Shown piece by piece: positions 1 through 10,239 of a DNA stretch of 64,000 nucleotides (position 1 is its first letter; every line of letters starts with the position of its first letter). The position numbers were made by a program, and so were the translations under genes. A model generated the notes under the pieces. It did not search any database and was not told the DNA's origin. It worked only from the letters and a program-made list of their open reading frames with translations. The stretch lies in contig CAMAQS010000003.1 in NCBI GenBank assembly GCA_945860565.1, positions 1,933 through 65,932 of the forward strand, in the 5' to 3' direction. Origin of the DNA: Chitinophaga pinensis. GTDB taxonomy: Bacteria; Bacteroidota; Bacteroidia; NS11-12g; UBA955.

Positions 1-623
1 CTAAAAAATCATTGGAACCAATTGACGGTTTGTATGCTTGGAGTTTGCACGAAGTTGGAAATTCCATTAAATCAAGAGAAGTTTATAAGCAAATATTAAA
101 AAGAAGCCCAAACGATGCTGAATGTTGGTATAGCCTAGGTCTTACACTGCAACACGAAAATCAATTCAATATAGCCATAGCCTATTTAGAAAAAGCATAT
201 CAATTAGACCCTACTGAAGCAGATTATGGCATTGTTTTAGCCGCAGCATATTTCGGTGATAATCAAACTGAAAAGTGGCAAAATTTGTATGAAGAAATAA
301 GTGATGCTTTTCCATTTGAACCAGAATTATGGCTTGATTGGGGTGTTGCCCTTTATGAAACTGGACAAACTGAAAAAGCATTAAACATTACCGAGACTGC
401 TTTAGAAAACAACCCACATAGTATCCATCTCCTATATCGCTTGTCTGCATTGTGCTATCTATCTGGAAACCACGATTTATCATTAATGGTGTTAGAAAAA
501 GCCCTTGAATTTGATTCTGATGAGTATCACACTCTGTTTATTTTCGCTCCCGAATTAAAAAAATCCGTCAAAATAATGGCCTTAATAACAAAATTTATTC
601 AGTCCAAAACCAAAAATGAATAA
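1..623 (+). CDS. TPR repeat protein, probably 5'-partial (frame open to window edge)
   Basis: ORF 12..623 has no in-frame stop back to base 3. It contains repeated TPR-like helix pairs, e.g. AECWYSLGLTLQHENQFNIAIAYLEKAYQLDP. Confidence 0.6.
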   Translation, partial: KKSLEPIDGLYAWSLHEVGNSIKSREVYKQILKRSPNDAECWYSLGLTLQHENQFNIAIAYLEKAYQLDPTEADYGIVLAAAYFGDNQTEKWQNLYEEISDAFPFEPELWLDWGVALYETGQTEKALNITETALENNPHSIHLLYRLSALCYLSGNHDLSLMVLEKALEFDSDEYHTLFIFAPELKKSVKIMALITKFIQSKTKNE

Positions 624-1389
624 ACACCTTTTTAATCTAAATAATTTACCCGCTAGAACTCCTAAACCAAGAAATATTGGGTTAACTATGGTCATGGATA
701 AAGGGTTATCATTAAGAGAAGTTGAGGATTTATTATCTAACACACCTACATTAATAGATTTAGTAAAATTGGGTTTTGGCACAAGTGTAGTGACTCCAAA
801 TATTGAAGAAAAAATAAACTTGTATCATCAAGCCAACATTCCAGTTTATTTTGGAGGGACTTTATTTGAAGCTTATATTGTAAGGAATCAATTCAACGAC
901 TATCTCAGACTTTTGGACAAAACCAAAATCACTCATGTGGAAATAAGCGATGGCTCAATAAATTTAAACCACAATTTAAAATGTGAATACATTCAAAATT
1001 TATCAAAAAACTTCATCGTTTTAAGTGAAGTTGGGAGCAAAGATGCCGAAAAAATTATTCCACCATACGAATGGATTGAACAGATGGAAAAAGAGTTGCA
1101 AGCAGGTGCTTGGAAGGTAATTGCCGAGGCTAGAGAATCAGGGACTGTTGGAATATTTAGAAATTCTGGCGAAGTACGTTCGGGTTTAATTGCTGAAATT
1201 ATAAGAAAAATCCCTATAGAGCATATAATTTGGGAAGCCCCACAGAAACAACAACAAGTGTGGTTCTTAAAATTGTATGGTACAAACGTAAATTTAGGAA
1301 ATATATCACCCAGTGAAGTAATACCTCTAGAAACACTTAGGCTTGGATTAAGAGGAGATAGTTTCGACTTTTTCTACCCTCTTATTTAA
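616..1389 (+). CDS. comA: phosphosulfolactate synthase (ComA family)
   Basis: 257 aa. The pattern RTPKPRNIGLTMVMDKG...LVKLGFGTS...YFGGTLFE...EISDGS is typical of (2R)-phospho-3-sulfolactate synthase family proteins. It overlaps the upstream TPR ORF by 8 nt. Confidence 0.65.
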   Translation: MNKHLFNLNNLPARTPKPRNIGLTMVMDKGLSLREVEDLLSNTPTLIDLVKLGFGTSVVTPNIEEKINLYHQANIPVYFGGTLFEAYIVRNQFNDYLRLLDKTKITHVEISDGSINLNHNLKCEYIQNLSKNFIVLSEVGSKDAEKIIPPYEWIEQMEKELQAGAWKVIAEARESGTVGIFRNSGEVRSGLIAEIIRKIPIEHIIWEAPQKQQQVWFLKLYGTNVNLGNISPSEVIPLETLRLGLRGDSFDFFYPLI

Positions 1390-1768
1390 ATCGGTTAATT
1401 AATGCTAAAAGATCTTCCTTTGATCTTCCTCCTAACGATTCATGCACAACAACTCCATTTTTGAAGAAAATCAATGTTGGATAACCGGTAATATTGTATT
1501 TAGAAGCAATATCCATTTGATCTTCTGCATCTACTTTTAAAACATTTACAACATCTTTATTTTCCATTTTTATCTCTTCGATAAATGGCGCCATTTGTTT
1601 GCATGGACCACACCAAGTGGTATAAAAGTCCACCATTGTTAGCTTCTCTTTACCAATTTCAACTAAAAACTGATCCAAACTTAATTTGTCGTCAGACTTT
1701 GAATCGGAAGAATTACATTGAGAAAAACCTAAAATCAAGCCCACGAATAATACTATTGCAAATCTCAT
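1382..1768 (-). CDS. thioredoxin, membrane-anchored or lipoprotein
   Basis: WCGPCK active site. I prefer the internal start MRFAIVLFVGLILGFSQC (ATG 1768), which gives a signal peptide. The longer 1804 start would run over the candidate promoter of the divergent gene. Confidence 0.8.
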   Translation of the reverse strand: MRFAIVLFVGLILGFSQCNSSDSKSDDKLSLDQFLVEIGKEKLTMVDFYTTWCGPCKQMAPFIEEIKMENKDVVNVLKVDAEDQMDIASKYNITGYPTLIFFKNGVVVHESLGGRSKEDLLALINRFK

Positions 1769-1815
1769 TTTTTCTTTAATAAATATTTCTTCAAATTTAC
1801 TCATTAGATTTTGAA

Positions 1816-1823
1816 TAACTTTG
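1816..1823 (+). promoter_or_regulatory. candidate Bacteroidota -7 promoter box TAACTTTG
   Basis: Exact match to TAnnTTTG, 4 nt upstream of the GTG start at 1828. Confidence 0.3.
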
Positions 1824-1827
1824 CGTT

Positions 1828-2772
1828 GTGACTAAAAATAATACTGAAATATCAATTGTAGTTCCACTCTATAATGAAGAGCATAATATTCTCGCTTTCC
1901 ACGAAAGATTACTTAATTCAATTGAATCACATGAGGAAAACTTCGAAATTATTTATGTAAACGATGGAAGTAAAGACAATACACTTTTTATCATCCATCA
2001 AATTAGCTCTCAAAATCAAAAAATAAGATACATTGATTTCTCAAGAAATTTCGGCCATCAATTAGCCATTACTGCAGGAATAGAACATTCTAATGGAAAT
2101 TATATTGTTATAATTGACGGTGACGGTCAAGATCCTCCAGAGTTAATACCCACATTGCACGAAAAGGCAAAAAGTGGTTTTGAAGTAGTCTACGCCAAAA
2201 GGAAAAAACGAAATGGTGAAAGCATTATGAAAAAACTTACTGCAAAATTATTTTATAGACTTTTAGCCAAAATTACAAATATAGAAATACCTGTAGATAC
2301 CGGCGATTTTCGCATCATTCATAAAAAAATAAAAGAAATTTTGCAAAAAATGCCAGAACAACATAAATATGTTCGAGGTCAAATTGCTTGGATTGGATTT
2401 AACCAAACTTTCTTGGAATACGATCGAGAAGAACGGATGCATGGGCAAACAAAATTCACGTATAGGAAAATGATTCGCTTTGCTTTGGATGGAATTAGTA
2501 GCTTTAGTAATTGGCCATTAAGAGTTGCAACAATAAGTGGATTTATAGTTTCATTTTTTGCATTTTTATTAATTATATATAGTTTGTATCAAAAGTTTTT
2601 TGGTTACACCGAGAAAGGATGGACATCAATGCATATTTCAATTTTGTTTCTTGGAGGGATCCAACTAATAGGAATTGGAATATTGGGTGAATACTTAGGT
2701 CGTGTAAGTGAGAATGTCAAAAATAGACCTCACTATATAATTCGCGATACCAATTTAAATGAAAACGATTAA
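1828..2772 (+). CDS. family 2 glycosyltransferase (polyprenyl-phosphate sugar transferase, ArnC/GtrB-like)
   Basis: ISIVVPLYNEE and DGDGQDPP (DxD) motifs, with two C-terminal TM helices as in ArnC/GtrB/DPM1-like enzymes. GTG start. Confidence 0.8.
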   Translation: MTKNNTEISIVVPLYNEEHNILAFHERLLNSIESHEENFEIIYVNDGSKDNTLFIIHQISSQNQKIRYIDFSRNFGHQLAITAGIEHSNGNYIVIIDGDGQDPPELIPTLHEKAKSGFEVVYAKRKKRNGESIMKKLTAKLFYRLLAKITNIEIPVDTGDFRIIHKKIKEILQKMPEQHKYVRGQIAWIGFNQTFLEYDREERMHGQTKFTYRKMIRFALDGISSFSNWPLRVATISGFIVSFFAFLLIIYSLYQKFFGYTEKGWTSMHISILFLGGIQLIGIGILGEYLGRVSENVKNRPHYIIRDTNLNEND

Positions 2773-4294
2773 AGAACCGTTATTTTTCTTACTTGGTTGG
2801 TGCTTATTTCAAATCTCTTTGGGTTGGTTAAGTTATCTAGATCTACCTCCATTTGGTATGCACCAAGGAGCGCAAGCAGATAGAGCAAGTATTGCTTTCA
2901 ATTACTTTTCTGAATCATGGAATTTTTTTTTACCTCGAGTTATGGAAGATCGAAATGCCAACGGTATTGTTGGTCTAGAATTTCCAATTATTCAATATAT
3001 CACTGCAATTTTTTACAAACTATTTGGATTTCACAATCACACTTATAGATTGGTTGTTGGAATAATTGTCTTTTTTGGACATTTTGCTGCCTGGAAAATC
3101 ATATCACAATTTGCGCAAAATACAATCCACAGAATTGCAATTTTGGGACTTTGGGTACTTTCCCCCCTGATGTGTTTTTATACATTTAACTATCTGCCAG
3201 ATTTACCAAGTATGGCATTTTCTATAATTTCTTATGCCTTTTTTTTCAAGTTCTACTATGAGAAGAAGTCAAAATTTTATTATCTTTTTCTAATTTTTAT
3301 TGGACTCAGCTCTTTAGTGAAAATTACAAATCTCATTCATTTAATTGCTGTCGTTGCCATAATGTTGTTTAAAAACCGATTTGCCACCAAAAAAATGGAG
3401 TATTCAAAAACGAACATGTGGATTTCGATAATTCCTATTTTGTTTGTATTAACATGGTATAAATATGCAAATTATTTAACGCACCAAACCAACAATTTCC
3501 ATTTTTTACAATCAATTCACCCTCCAAGTAATTTAGCGGAGTTTTTTGAAAACTCAAGATTTGCTATTAACACATGGATCGATAGTTTATATCCGCGTTT
3601 ATATTTATGTATTCTGCTCATTTTTTACCTAATAACCATTATTGTATCACGGAAAAAAATGACCCTAATTGGAATTCTAAGTATTATCACTTTATTGGGA
3701 TATTTAAGTGTTTTCACTTTATTCAATAAACAATTTAAATATCACGATTACTATCAAACCTTATTCTACTCAATTTTTCTTTTTATTTTAATCTGGCTAT
3801 ACGAACAGACAAATAAATTTATAATTTCCACTAGAAAAACCAATCTTAAATGCGGATTGAACCTAGGTATGTTAATTTTAGTTGGTTTTAATTATTCACA
3901 TTCAAAAAGAATATTATCAGCAACATTTGATTTTGGGAATTATTATTGTCAAAATGCAGTGAATGTTAAACCATCCGATTTTGAACTATTAAAATCTTGG
4001 CTTGATAAGAATATTCCAAAAAACAAACAATTACTTATAGGATTCGACCCAAGTCCTAACACCACTCTATATTTATTACATAGAAAAGGCATTAGAATTG
4101 CACCCGATTTTTCAGATCAACTTGCGATTGACTTAATTAAAGAAAAGTTGAAAAGCAACAAAAATGTCGCCCCAATATTTGTGTGTAACGACACAAACTT
4201 GCTAAATAAATTACCAAAACTAAAATCAATGTTAGGCAAACCTATACACAGAGTTTCAGTCTTCAATATTTATAAAATTCCCATGTTCTACTGA
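2759..4294 (+). CDS. polytopic membrane glycosyltransferase, ArnT/PMT-like (GT39/GT83-like)
   Basis: 511 aa with many hydrophobic segments. It overlaps the GT2 gene by 14 nt, which is the classic lipid-linked sugar donor plus membrane transferase pairing. The family assignment is an inference. Confidence 0.45.
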   Translation: MKTIKEPLFFLLGWCLFQISLGWLSYLDLPPFGMHQGAQADRASIAFNYFSESWNFFLPRVMEDRNANGIVGLEFPIIQYITAIFYKLFGFHNHTYRLVVGIIVFFGHFAAWKIISQFAQNTIHRIAILGLWVLSPLMCFYTFNYLPDLPSMAFSIISYAFFFKFYYEKKSKFYYLFLIFIGLSSLVKITNLIHLIAVVAIMLFKNRFATKKMEYSKTNMWISIIPILFVLTWYKYANYLTHQTNNFHFLQSIHPPSNLAEFFENSRFAINTWIDSLYPRLYLCILLIFYLITIIVSRKKMTLIGILSIITLLGYLSVFTLFNKQFKYHDYYQTLFYSIFLFILIWLYEQTNKFIISTRKTNLKCGLNLGMLILVGFNYSHSKRILSATFDFGNYYCQNAVNVKPSDFELLKSWLDKNIPKNKQLLIGFDPSPNTTLYLLHRKGIRIAPDFSDQLAIDLIKEKLKSNKNVAPIFVCNDTNLLNKLPKLKSMLGKPIHRVSVFNIYKIPMFY

Positions 4295-5661
4295 GTAAAT
4301 GGATAACTCAGTTGGACTCCAAATCCCCCACCGTGCTCCTTGCTTGGAATAAGAAAAGATTCTAACCCTCGTATATAAAACTTCAAATTATTGGATCCTT
4401 TAACAAAACTGAAGTTCGCATTAATATCATACGTATCAAATCCTCCAACAGATAGCCCTATTGCCCCATTAAATGGAATTTTACCCAGTTTAAAGGACTT
4501 ACCCAAGTCAATACCTAATCTAGGGACATATCCCAAAATGTGTCGGTAGTCCAATTCAACGTTAAAAAAAGCACTATTTCCTGCAGGATTAAAAAATATT
4601 TTATGATACTCTACATTTGCAAAAAATGGCGACAAAATCATACCTTTTCGATTAGACTCTATAAAGTTTAGTTTACTTGAAATGGTGTCCCTTTGGCGAC
4701 TAAACCAGTTAGTGCCTCTTAAATCGGAATAACTCAATTTAACCGGTGTAATGTTCACTGCATCTCCCGAGTTCCAATTTTGAACACTTAAACCATTATC
4801 TGTAAATTGCACATTTCGCGAAAGCGTATTCGCGTTGTTTACAACTATAAATCCGAAATTGCTTATTTGAAAATTGAGGCTATTTGATTTGTTTAAAATT
4901 TTAGAGAAAACAAAACCCACTTGAATACCATAACCGGTGCCCCAAAAATCATAACCTGTATTTTGGGAATACATAGATCCATTTAAGCTAATTGAATCTC
5001 CAAGATTATTTGAGTAAAACTTTAAATCATTTGTTTCTAGAGATTGATAAGATAAAACTTGAGAAAATTGAATTTCTGGAACAACTCTAAAATTAGACCC
5101 TAAGTATCTTGGTAAATTATACGATTTTAATTCAAACTTTAATATTCGTTGATTTAATCCATTTATTTTATTATTTGCTGGATTTAATTCCTTGCCTAAA
5201 TATTTTGAATTACCCTGAAAGAACAATGAATAAGCATCTTTGGTAAATTTCGCACCCAGCATTGACTGCGAAATAAGTTTTATTGATCGTAGGTTTGTTT
5301 TTAAATCAATAGGTAAGAAGTCAAAAAACGGCAACAATTGCATCCCATATTCTTGAAAATATCCGACCTTGTTGTTTGAATTCAATAACTCCAAATTTGA
5401 TTGAATTACATTCGTTTCAATATGACCCCCATAAGCAAATTTGGAAATAAAACTAAGTGGTAAAGTATTTGATCCTGAATGCAAATTATACCAAAAAACC
5501 GGTTTCCATTTTTTTAAAGATTGAATTGGTTCTGGTTTTACTATTGTTTGGTCTTCATTATTGGATTGAGAATTTCCTAGTGTATCTAATGTTTTACCAT
5601 AAGATACAGAAAAAATGAAAATGCAAAAAAAGAAATTAATTTGTCTTAGCCTCATACTCAA
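4288..5661 (-). CDS. hypothetical outer-membrane beta-barrel-like protein
   Basis: N-terminal signal peptide, alternating beta-strand-like sequence rich in G/S/N/Y/F, aromatic-rich C-terminus. Overlaps the upstream gene's stop. Confidence 0.5.
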   Translation of the reverse strand: MSMRLRQINFFFCIFIFSVSYGKTLDTLGNSQSNNEDQTIVKPEPIQSLKKWKPVFWYNLHSGSNTLPLSFISKFAYGGHIETNVIQSNLELLNSNNKVGYFQEYGMQLLPFFDFLPIDLKTNLRSIKLISQSMLGAKFTKDAYSLFFQGNSKYLGKELNPANNKINGLNQRILKFELKSYNLPRYLGSNFRVVPEIQFSQVLSYQSLETNDLKFYSNNLGDSISLNGSMYSQNTGYDFWGTGYGIQVGFVFSKILNKSNSLNFQISNFGFIVVNNANTLSRNVQFTDNGLSVQNWNSGDAVNITPVKLSYSDLRGTNWFSRQRDTISSKLNFIESNRKGMILSPFFANVEYHKIFFNPAGNSAFFNVELDYRHILGYVPRLGIDLGKSFKLGKIPFNGAIGLSVGGFDTYDINANFSFVKGSNNLKFYIRGLESFLIPSKEHGGGFGVQLSYPFTQ

Positions 5662-7687
5662 ATTGCAACCTCGCGTTCATTTTAATATTACTTGTATTAT
5701 AAATCTTCTTCACATTGCTTGAACTTCCACCATTCACTTTCAATTTTAAGGCTACAAATTTTGTGTTTTTTAATATTGAAATTTTTGACTTTGGCAAGTG
5801 AATAGAAATTGTCGATTTTGAGGCATTTACCAAAAGACCGTTTACATCAATCACTGCTGAAGCCACACCATCTGTTGGATGCACGTCTAGACTACCTACA
5901 GATTTATAATTTTCGTCAAGGGCTTCAACTTCCAAAGAAAAACCAAATGGAAATGTATTTTCCATATCAATAAACATTATTCCACTTTTAACCCGTTCGA
6001 TATTTCCTATTTTAGTAAAATCAACCCCTTGAGTATCGCGTAAAACTAAACCATCAATTGCAAGCGAAATAGGGGCTTTCATTTTCATTATCACGTCTAT
6101 TTTTGAATCGTCAAAAACAAAATCTGTATAATTATTAATATTGCCATTTGGTGAAATTTCGGTCTCCAAATCATATTCCAATTCTTGAGGTAGATTTTCT
6201 AGAAATTCCTTTATATTGGAATTAGATGTATTAAGTGCAACTTTGGTTTCAGTATAATCCCCCCTATTAAAACTGGGTTTATCAACAAATAGGTCACTTT
6301 TTAATGGAACCGCATCCAAAGTAATGTTTTGATTGGAAAAAGTATTTTTTCCGTCAACCTTAAACAGTTTCATGCGTCCTTCAGTTCCTATGCTGTTTCT
6401 TAAAAGAAAATCTATACTCACATCTTTAAATTTCATGTCACCACTAAGTCCTTTAAACAACTCAAAGGCAGCTTTAGAATTGCCCGTTCTTGATAGTGTA
6501 TTGCCTAAATAACCGATTGCATATTCTGGCTTTAAAGACTCAATTCTATATTCTAATCTAATGCTATCTTTAAGCCCAACGGCCAATTTTCTACCACTAC
6601 TGTCTAGCGTAACTCTTAACACTTGGTGAAACGTATTTACGGTATCTTTTACATCCGGATCTTTCCCTCTAAAATCCAGTAAATAACCTTGCATTTCATA
6701 AACTTGTTCTGTTACTGCTACACCTTGTCCACCAGGTCCAGGTAACATCATTTCTTGATAAAAAGGTTTGCCGTCTTTTATTGCACCCGGCAAAGAAAGA
6801 ACCATTCTCATGTCTTCCTGAATGGTGCTTTCTACTTTAATTCGAAGCCTACCACTTGCAACCTTAAAATATTTCACTTCTGCGCCACCCATATAAAGTG
6901 TTAAACCTTCATCTTGATCAATTACATTTTGGGTGGGAAATGCCGCAATTGCATAACTTGGTCTGAGATTTCTAACACCGAGTGTAACATTTATACCTTT
7001 TTTTGATTCTACCAAAACCAAACCACCACTTGCCTCTGTTATTAATCTTTTGACCACACCCACCAAAGATTTAGTGACCGTTTTACCTTTTAGGTCAATT
7101 GTTTTTGAAGATGACCCCCCTTTTTTTGGAATATTGGCAAAAGAATCAATGGCAACAAGTGAATTATCTGATTTATTTCTCAATTCAAATACTACCAATC
7201 GTAAATCCACAGGTAGTTCATTCTCTATGGTAATATCCAAATAGCCAGTATCTAAAGTTGCCGTTTCAAAAAATGCACTTGCATCAATATCTGTAGGATC
7301 TAAATCTTTTTGATCTTGCGAGGGCAAATCAGCTTGTTGACCATCTAAAATATTAAACAATGGATTTATTTGACCCAATGTAATTTTATTCTGTATGATC
7401 TGATCATTCAGTCGTAATTTTTTCAAATTAAATGATGCATCGATACCAGTATCTGATGATTGCAAATCATTAATTTTATAGGAATATAACAAATTCTCAT
7501 ATTCTAAACTATAACCACTATCTGAGCTACTCTGATTTAAGTACTTTGAGTCTACAGAATTAAAAGTAAGATCAGTTTTAAACAATGGAATTGTGTTGTC
7601 TACATCCCAAGTTGTTTCATTCTTTTTGCAAGATGACAGTATCGAAAGTAACGTAAAAATACACCAGGCTGATTTTTTTACATTCAT
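5636..7687 (-). CDS. hypothetical lipoprotein (large, secreted)
   Basis: Preferred start MNVKKSAWCIFTLLSILSSC (ATG 7687) gives a lipoprotein-type signal ending in Cys. No recognisable catalytic motifs. Confidence 0.5.
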   Translation of the reverse strand: MNVKKSAWCIFTLLSILSSCKKNETTWDVDNTIPLFKTDLTFNSVDSKYLNQSSSDSGYSLEYENLLYSYKINDLQSSDTGIDASFNLKKLRLNDQIIQNKITLGQINPLFNILDGQQADLPSQDQKDLDPTDIDASAFFETATLDTGYLDITIENELPVDLRLVVFELRNKSDNSLVAIDSFANIPKKGGSSSKTIDLKGKTVTKSLVGVVKRLITEASGGLVLVESKKGINVTLGVRNLRPSYAIAAFPTQNVIDQDEGLTLYMGGAEVKYFKVASGRLRIKVESTIQEDMRMVLSLPGAIKDGKPFYQEMMLPGPGGQGVAVTEQVYEMQGYLLDFRGKDPDVKDTVNTFHQVLRVTLDSSGRKLAVGLKDSIRLEYRIESLKPEYAIGYLGNTLSRTGNSKAAFELFKGLSGDMKFKDVSIDFLLRNSIGTEGRMKLFKVDGKNTFSNQNITLDAVPLKSDLFVDKPSFNRGDYTETKVALNTSNSNIKEFLENLPQELEYDLETEISPNGNINNYTDFVFDDSKIDVIMKMKAPISLAIDGLVLRDTQGVDFTKIGNIERVKSGIMFIDMENTFPFGFSLEVEALDENYKSVGSLDVHPTDGVASAVIDVNGLLVNASKSTISIHLPKSKISILKNTKFVALKLKVNGGSSSNVKKIYNTSNIKMNARLQFEYEAKTN

Positions 7688-7775
7688 AATTTCTATTAAA
7701 ATAAGCAGCAATTTAAGTTCAATTAATAAATGAACAATTATTTTCTAAAAAAATGATTGTAATATGTCCTTAAAA

Positions 7776-8198
7776 TCACAAATAATAATAAACACCAAAA
7801 ATTAATATCCCCCAAAAAGTCAAAGATAAAATCATATAAAGTAAAATTTTCAATTTGTTAAAATTCAATGATACGGCGAGAAAACAACCCACTGGTATGC
7901 TCAAAACCAATGGTGTAAGTAAGGCAATTATTCCAATATTTCCATTATTTTTAAGCCACAAAAATAATTTCGAAGGATTTTTCTTTTTGCTCGGATTTTT
8001 AGAAAATTTCAAACGTCCAAAAGCAGCTTTAATCCAAAACCCACCCCATGTAAACAATAAAACTCCGGTCAATCCACCAACAAATGTTAAAAAAAATCCC
8101 ATAATTGGAGAAACATAAATTACTGCTAATGAAGTACCAATTATGTACTTAACTATACTCACTAGTATAATATTTCCATACAAAAACCAATTCTCCAT
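7776..8198 (-). CDS. small integral membrane protein
   Basis: 140 aa with about four hydrophobic helices and a basic loop (KFSKNPSKKKNPSK). Confidence 0.45.
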   Translation of the reverse strand: MENWFLYGNIILVSIVKYIIGTSLAVIYVSPIMGFFLTFVGGLTGVLLFTWGGFWIKAAFGRLKFSKNPSKKKNPSKLFLWLKNNGNIGIIALLTPLVLSIPVGCFLAVSLNFNKLKILLYMILSLTFWGILIFGVYYYL

Positions 8199-8265
8199 CC
8201 CCGAAATTAAGAATTTTACCTAGTAAATATGTGTCGATGAGTTTTTATTTGCAATTTTGCATTAA

Positions 8266-10239
8266 TTGAAACGCCTTAATCCATATAAATTTCTAATCTT
8301 TTCCATATCTATATTGTCATGTTCGTTTGTTTTTGGTCAATTTCCCTTGACCACAAAAATTGGCAATGTTTCAGGCAATATTTCGGAAAGAGATACTTCA
8401 ACAAAAGACACTTCAAAATCCACTCCCAAAAAAACAAAAGCGAAATATTATCCTTTAAAGCAAAATTCGGAAAAACTTTGGAATCAAATAGACAGTTTGA
8501 ATTTTGCAGATTCTACCGCATCTGAATATCATTGGTATACCATAAATCAACGCAGTAAAATGCCAATTTCCGACTTAGGTATTCCTTCATCCCCTTCCAA
8601 AGAATTATTTCTTAAACCAGAATTTCAAAGTTTAAATTCTGGAATTTCCATTCATAAATCAAACAACCTCACCCCTTCAAACTTCTATTTTAACAAAGTT
8701 GGTCAACCTTTCACTGAATTTAGATATGTGCAGGGTGACGGATTATTCATTGGTCTTGAAGCATTACATACACAGAATTTTTCCAAAACTTGGAACGCAA
8801 CTATCAACTATCGCACTCTATCGAATGAAGCGCTATATTCTGGTTCAAATCAAGATAATTTATCTAGAAATCTTGGGATTGGCAGCAATTTCGAATCACA
8901 AAATAAAAAATACATACAACAGATTATTTTTACTTGGAATAGATACAAGAGAGTTGAAAATGGTGGCAACAATGCAGACTCTCTTTTTTATGGCCCACCT
9001 GGAGCTCAAGGAGATGGTTTTGGTTTAAGAAAATTTGGATTTTATAATCCAAGCCTTTTGTCCGCCAAGTCTATCAATAACTATTTAACTCATAGCTTCA
9101 AACATAAATATTATTTTGACAGTTCATACAAATTTAGTTTGTTTCAAGAGTTTATTATAGATCGCGTAAATTACTATTATTCCGATTTAACCAGGGATTC
9201 AATTTTTTATGGCAAAGAATTCAACTATGATTCACTTGAAGTAAATGACAGTAGTTCTTGGAATAAATTTAGCCACCAACTAGGAGTAGGCTACAATTTG
9301 AAAGGAATTAAATTAAATTTAGGCTATATATATGAGCAAATGACATATAGTTATGTTTCTAATTCTCTTCTTCGTTTTGAAAATAAATACATCAATCATG
9401 GAATAAAGCTAGATATTTCAAAAAAAATAAGTGGTTGGCAACTATTTTCAAAAAATGAATTCTATTTATCTGGATTCTCGAAAAACAATTATTCAATTAA
9501 TGTTTTTCTAGATAAAAAAATTGATTCTACCAGTAAAATTGGATTAACTGCCATTTCAAATAATCAAAATTGGAATATTTTCCAATCTTACTTTAAAAGC
9601 AATCATTTTAACTTCCAAGATAATAACAGCAGAAATCCAATGAAACATACAGATTTTGGATTAGAATATTCCAAAATCTTTAAAAACGTTCAATTAAATT
9701 TAACGACGAATGGGGGATTTATTGTCAATCCAATTCTAATTTTAGAAGATTTACAACCTGTGAATTCTAGTAGTTTTATTTATGGAAAATTGGGATTTGA
9801 TATTAACATAAAACTAAAAAGTTTCAATTTGTATACGAATTTGTATTTTCAAAAATACAATTCAAAAGAAATCGACAACTTCGGATTGCCTCTTTTTTAC
9901 AGCAAATTTGGTTTATATTATCAAAGAAATATGTTCAGTGGGTCATTATTTTTCAAATCTGGATTTGAAGGATTTTACACATCCAAATATCAGGGTATTC
10001 AATTCCAACCTGATTTACCAACTTTCAGCATAAATAGACAAATAATACTTGGCAATTACCCAATATTCGACTTTTTTGTAAGTGGACAAATAAAAACTGT
10101 AAATATTTTCCTAAAATTTGAACATCTAAACGAATGGTATATAATTCCAAATGTAAATGAACGCCTAGAAGATGTTTACAAATATCCTATACAACCATTT
10201 CGTTTTCGTTTTGGATTTGTTTGGAAATTTTGGAATTAA
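8266..10239 (+). CDS. putative porin / outer-membrane beta-barrel protein
   Basis: Signal peptide, Y/F/N/S-rich alternating strands, C-terminal FRFRFGFVWKFWN typical of OM barrels. TTG start. Confidence 0.5.
   Translation: MKRLNPYKFLIFSISILSCSFVFGQFPLTTKIGNVSGNISERDTSTKDTSKSTPKKTKAKYYPLKQNSEKLWNQIDSLNFADSTASEYHWYTINQRSKMPISDLGIPSSPSKELFLKPEFQSLNSGISIHKSNNLTPSNFYFNKVGQPFTEFRYVQGDGLFIGLEALHTQNFSKTWNATINYRTLSNEALYSGSNQDNLSRNLGIGSNFESQNKKYIQQIIFTWNRYKRVENGGNNADSLFYGPPGAQGDGFGLRKFGFYNPSLLSAKSINNYLTHSFKHKYYFDSSYKFSLFQEFIIDRVNYYYSDLTRDSIFYGKEFNYDSLEVNDSSSWNKFSHQLGVGYNLKGIKLNLGYIYEQMTYSYVSNSLLRFENKYINHGIKLDISKKISGWQLFSKNEFYLSGFSKNNYSINVFLDKKIDSTSKIGLTAISNNQNWNIFQSYFKSNHFNFQDNNSRNPMKHTDFGLEYSKIFKNVQLNLTTNGGFIVNPILILEDLQPVNSSSFIYGKLGFDINIKLKSFNLYTNLYFQKYNSKEIDNFGLPLFYSKFGLYYQRNMFSGSLFFKSGFEGFYTSKYQGIQFQPDLPTFSINRQIILGNYPIFDFFVSGQIKTVNIFLKFEHLNEWYIIPNVNERLEDVYKYPIQPFRFRFGFVWKFWN

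Noticed and set aside
8319-9028. Plus-strand ORFs 8319..8525 and 8699..9028.
   Set aside because: They are alternative frames nested within the 657-aa putative porin ORF, which has a signal peptide and a barrel-type C-terminus.
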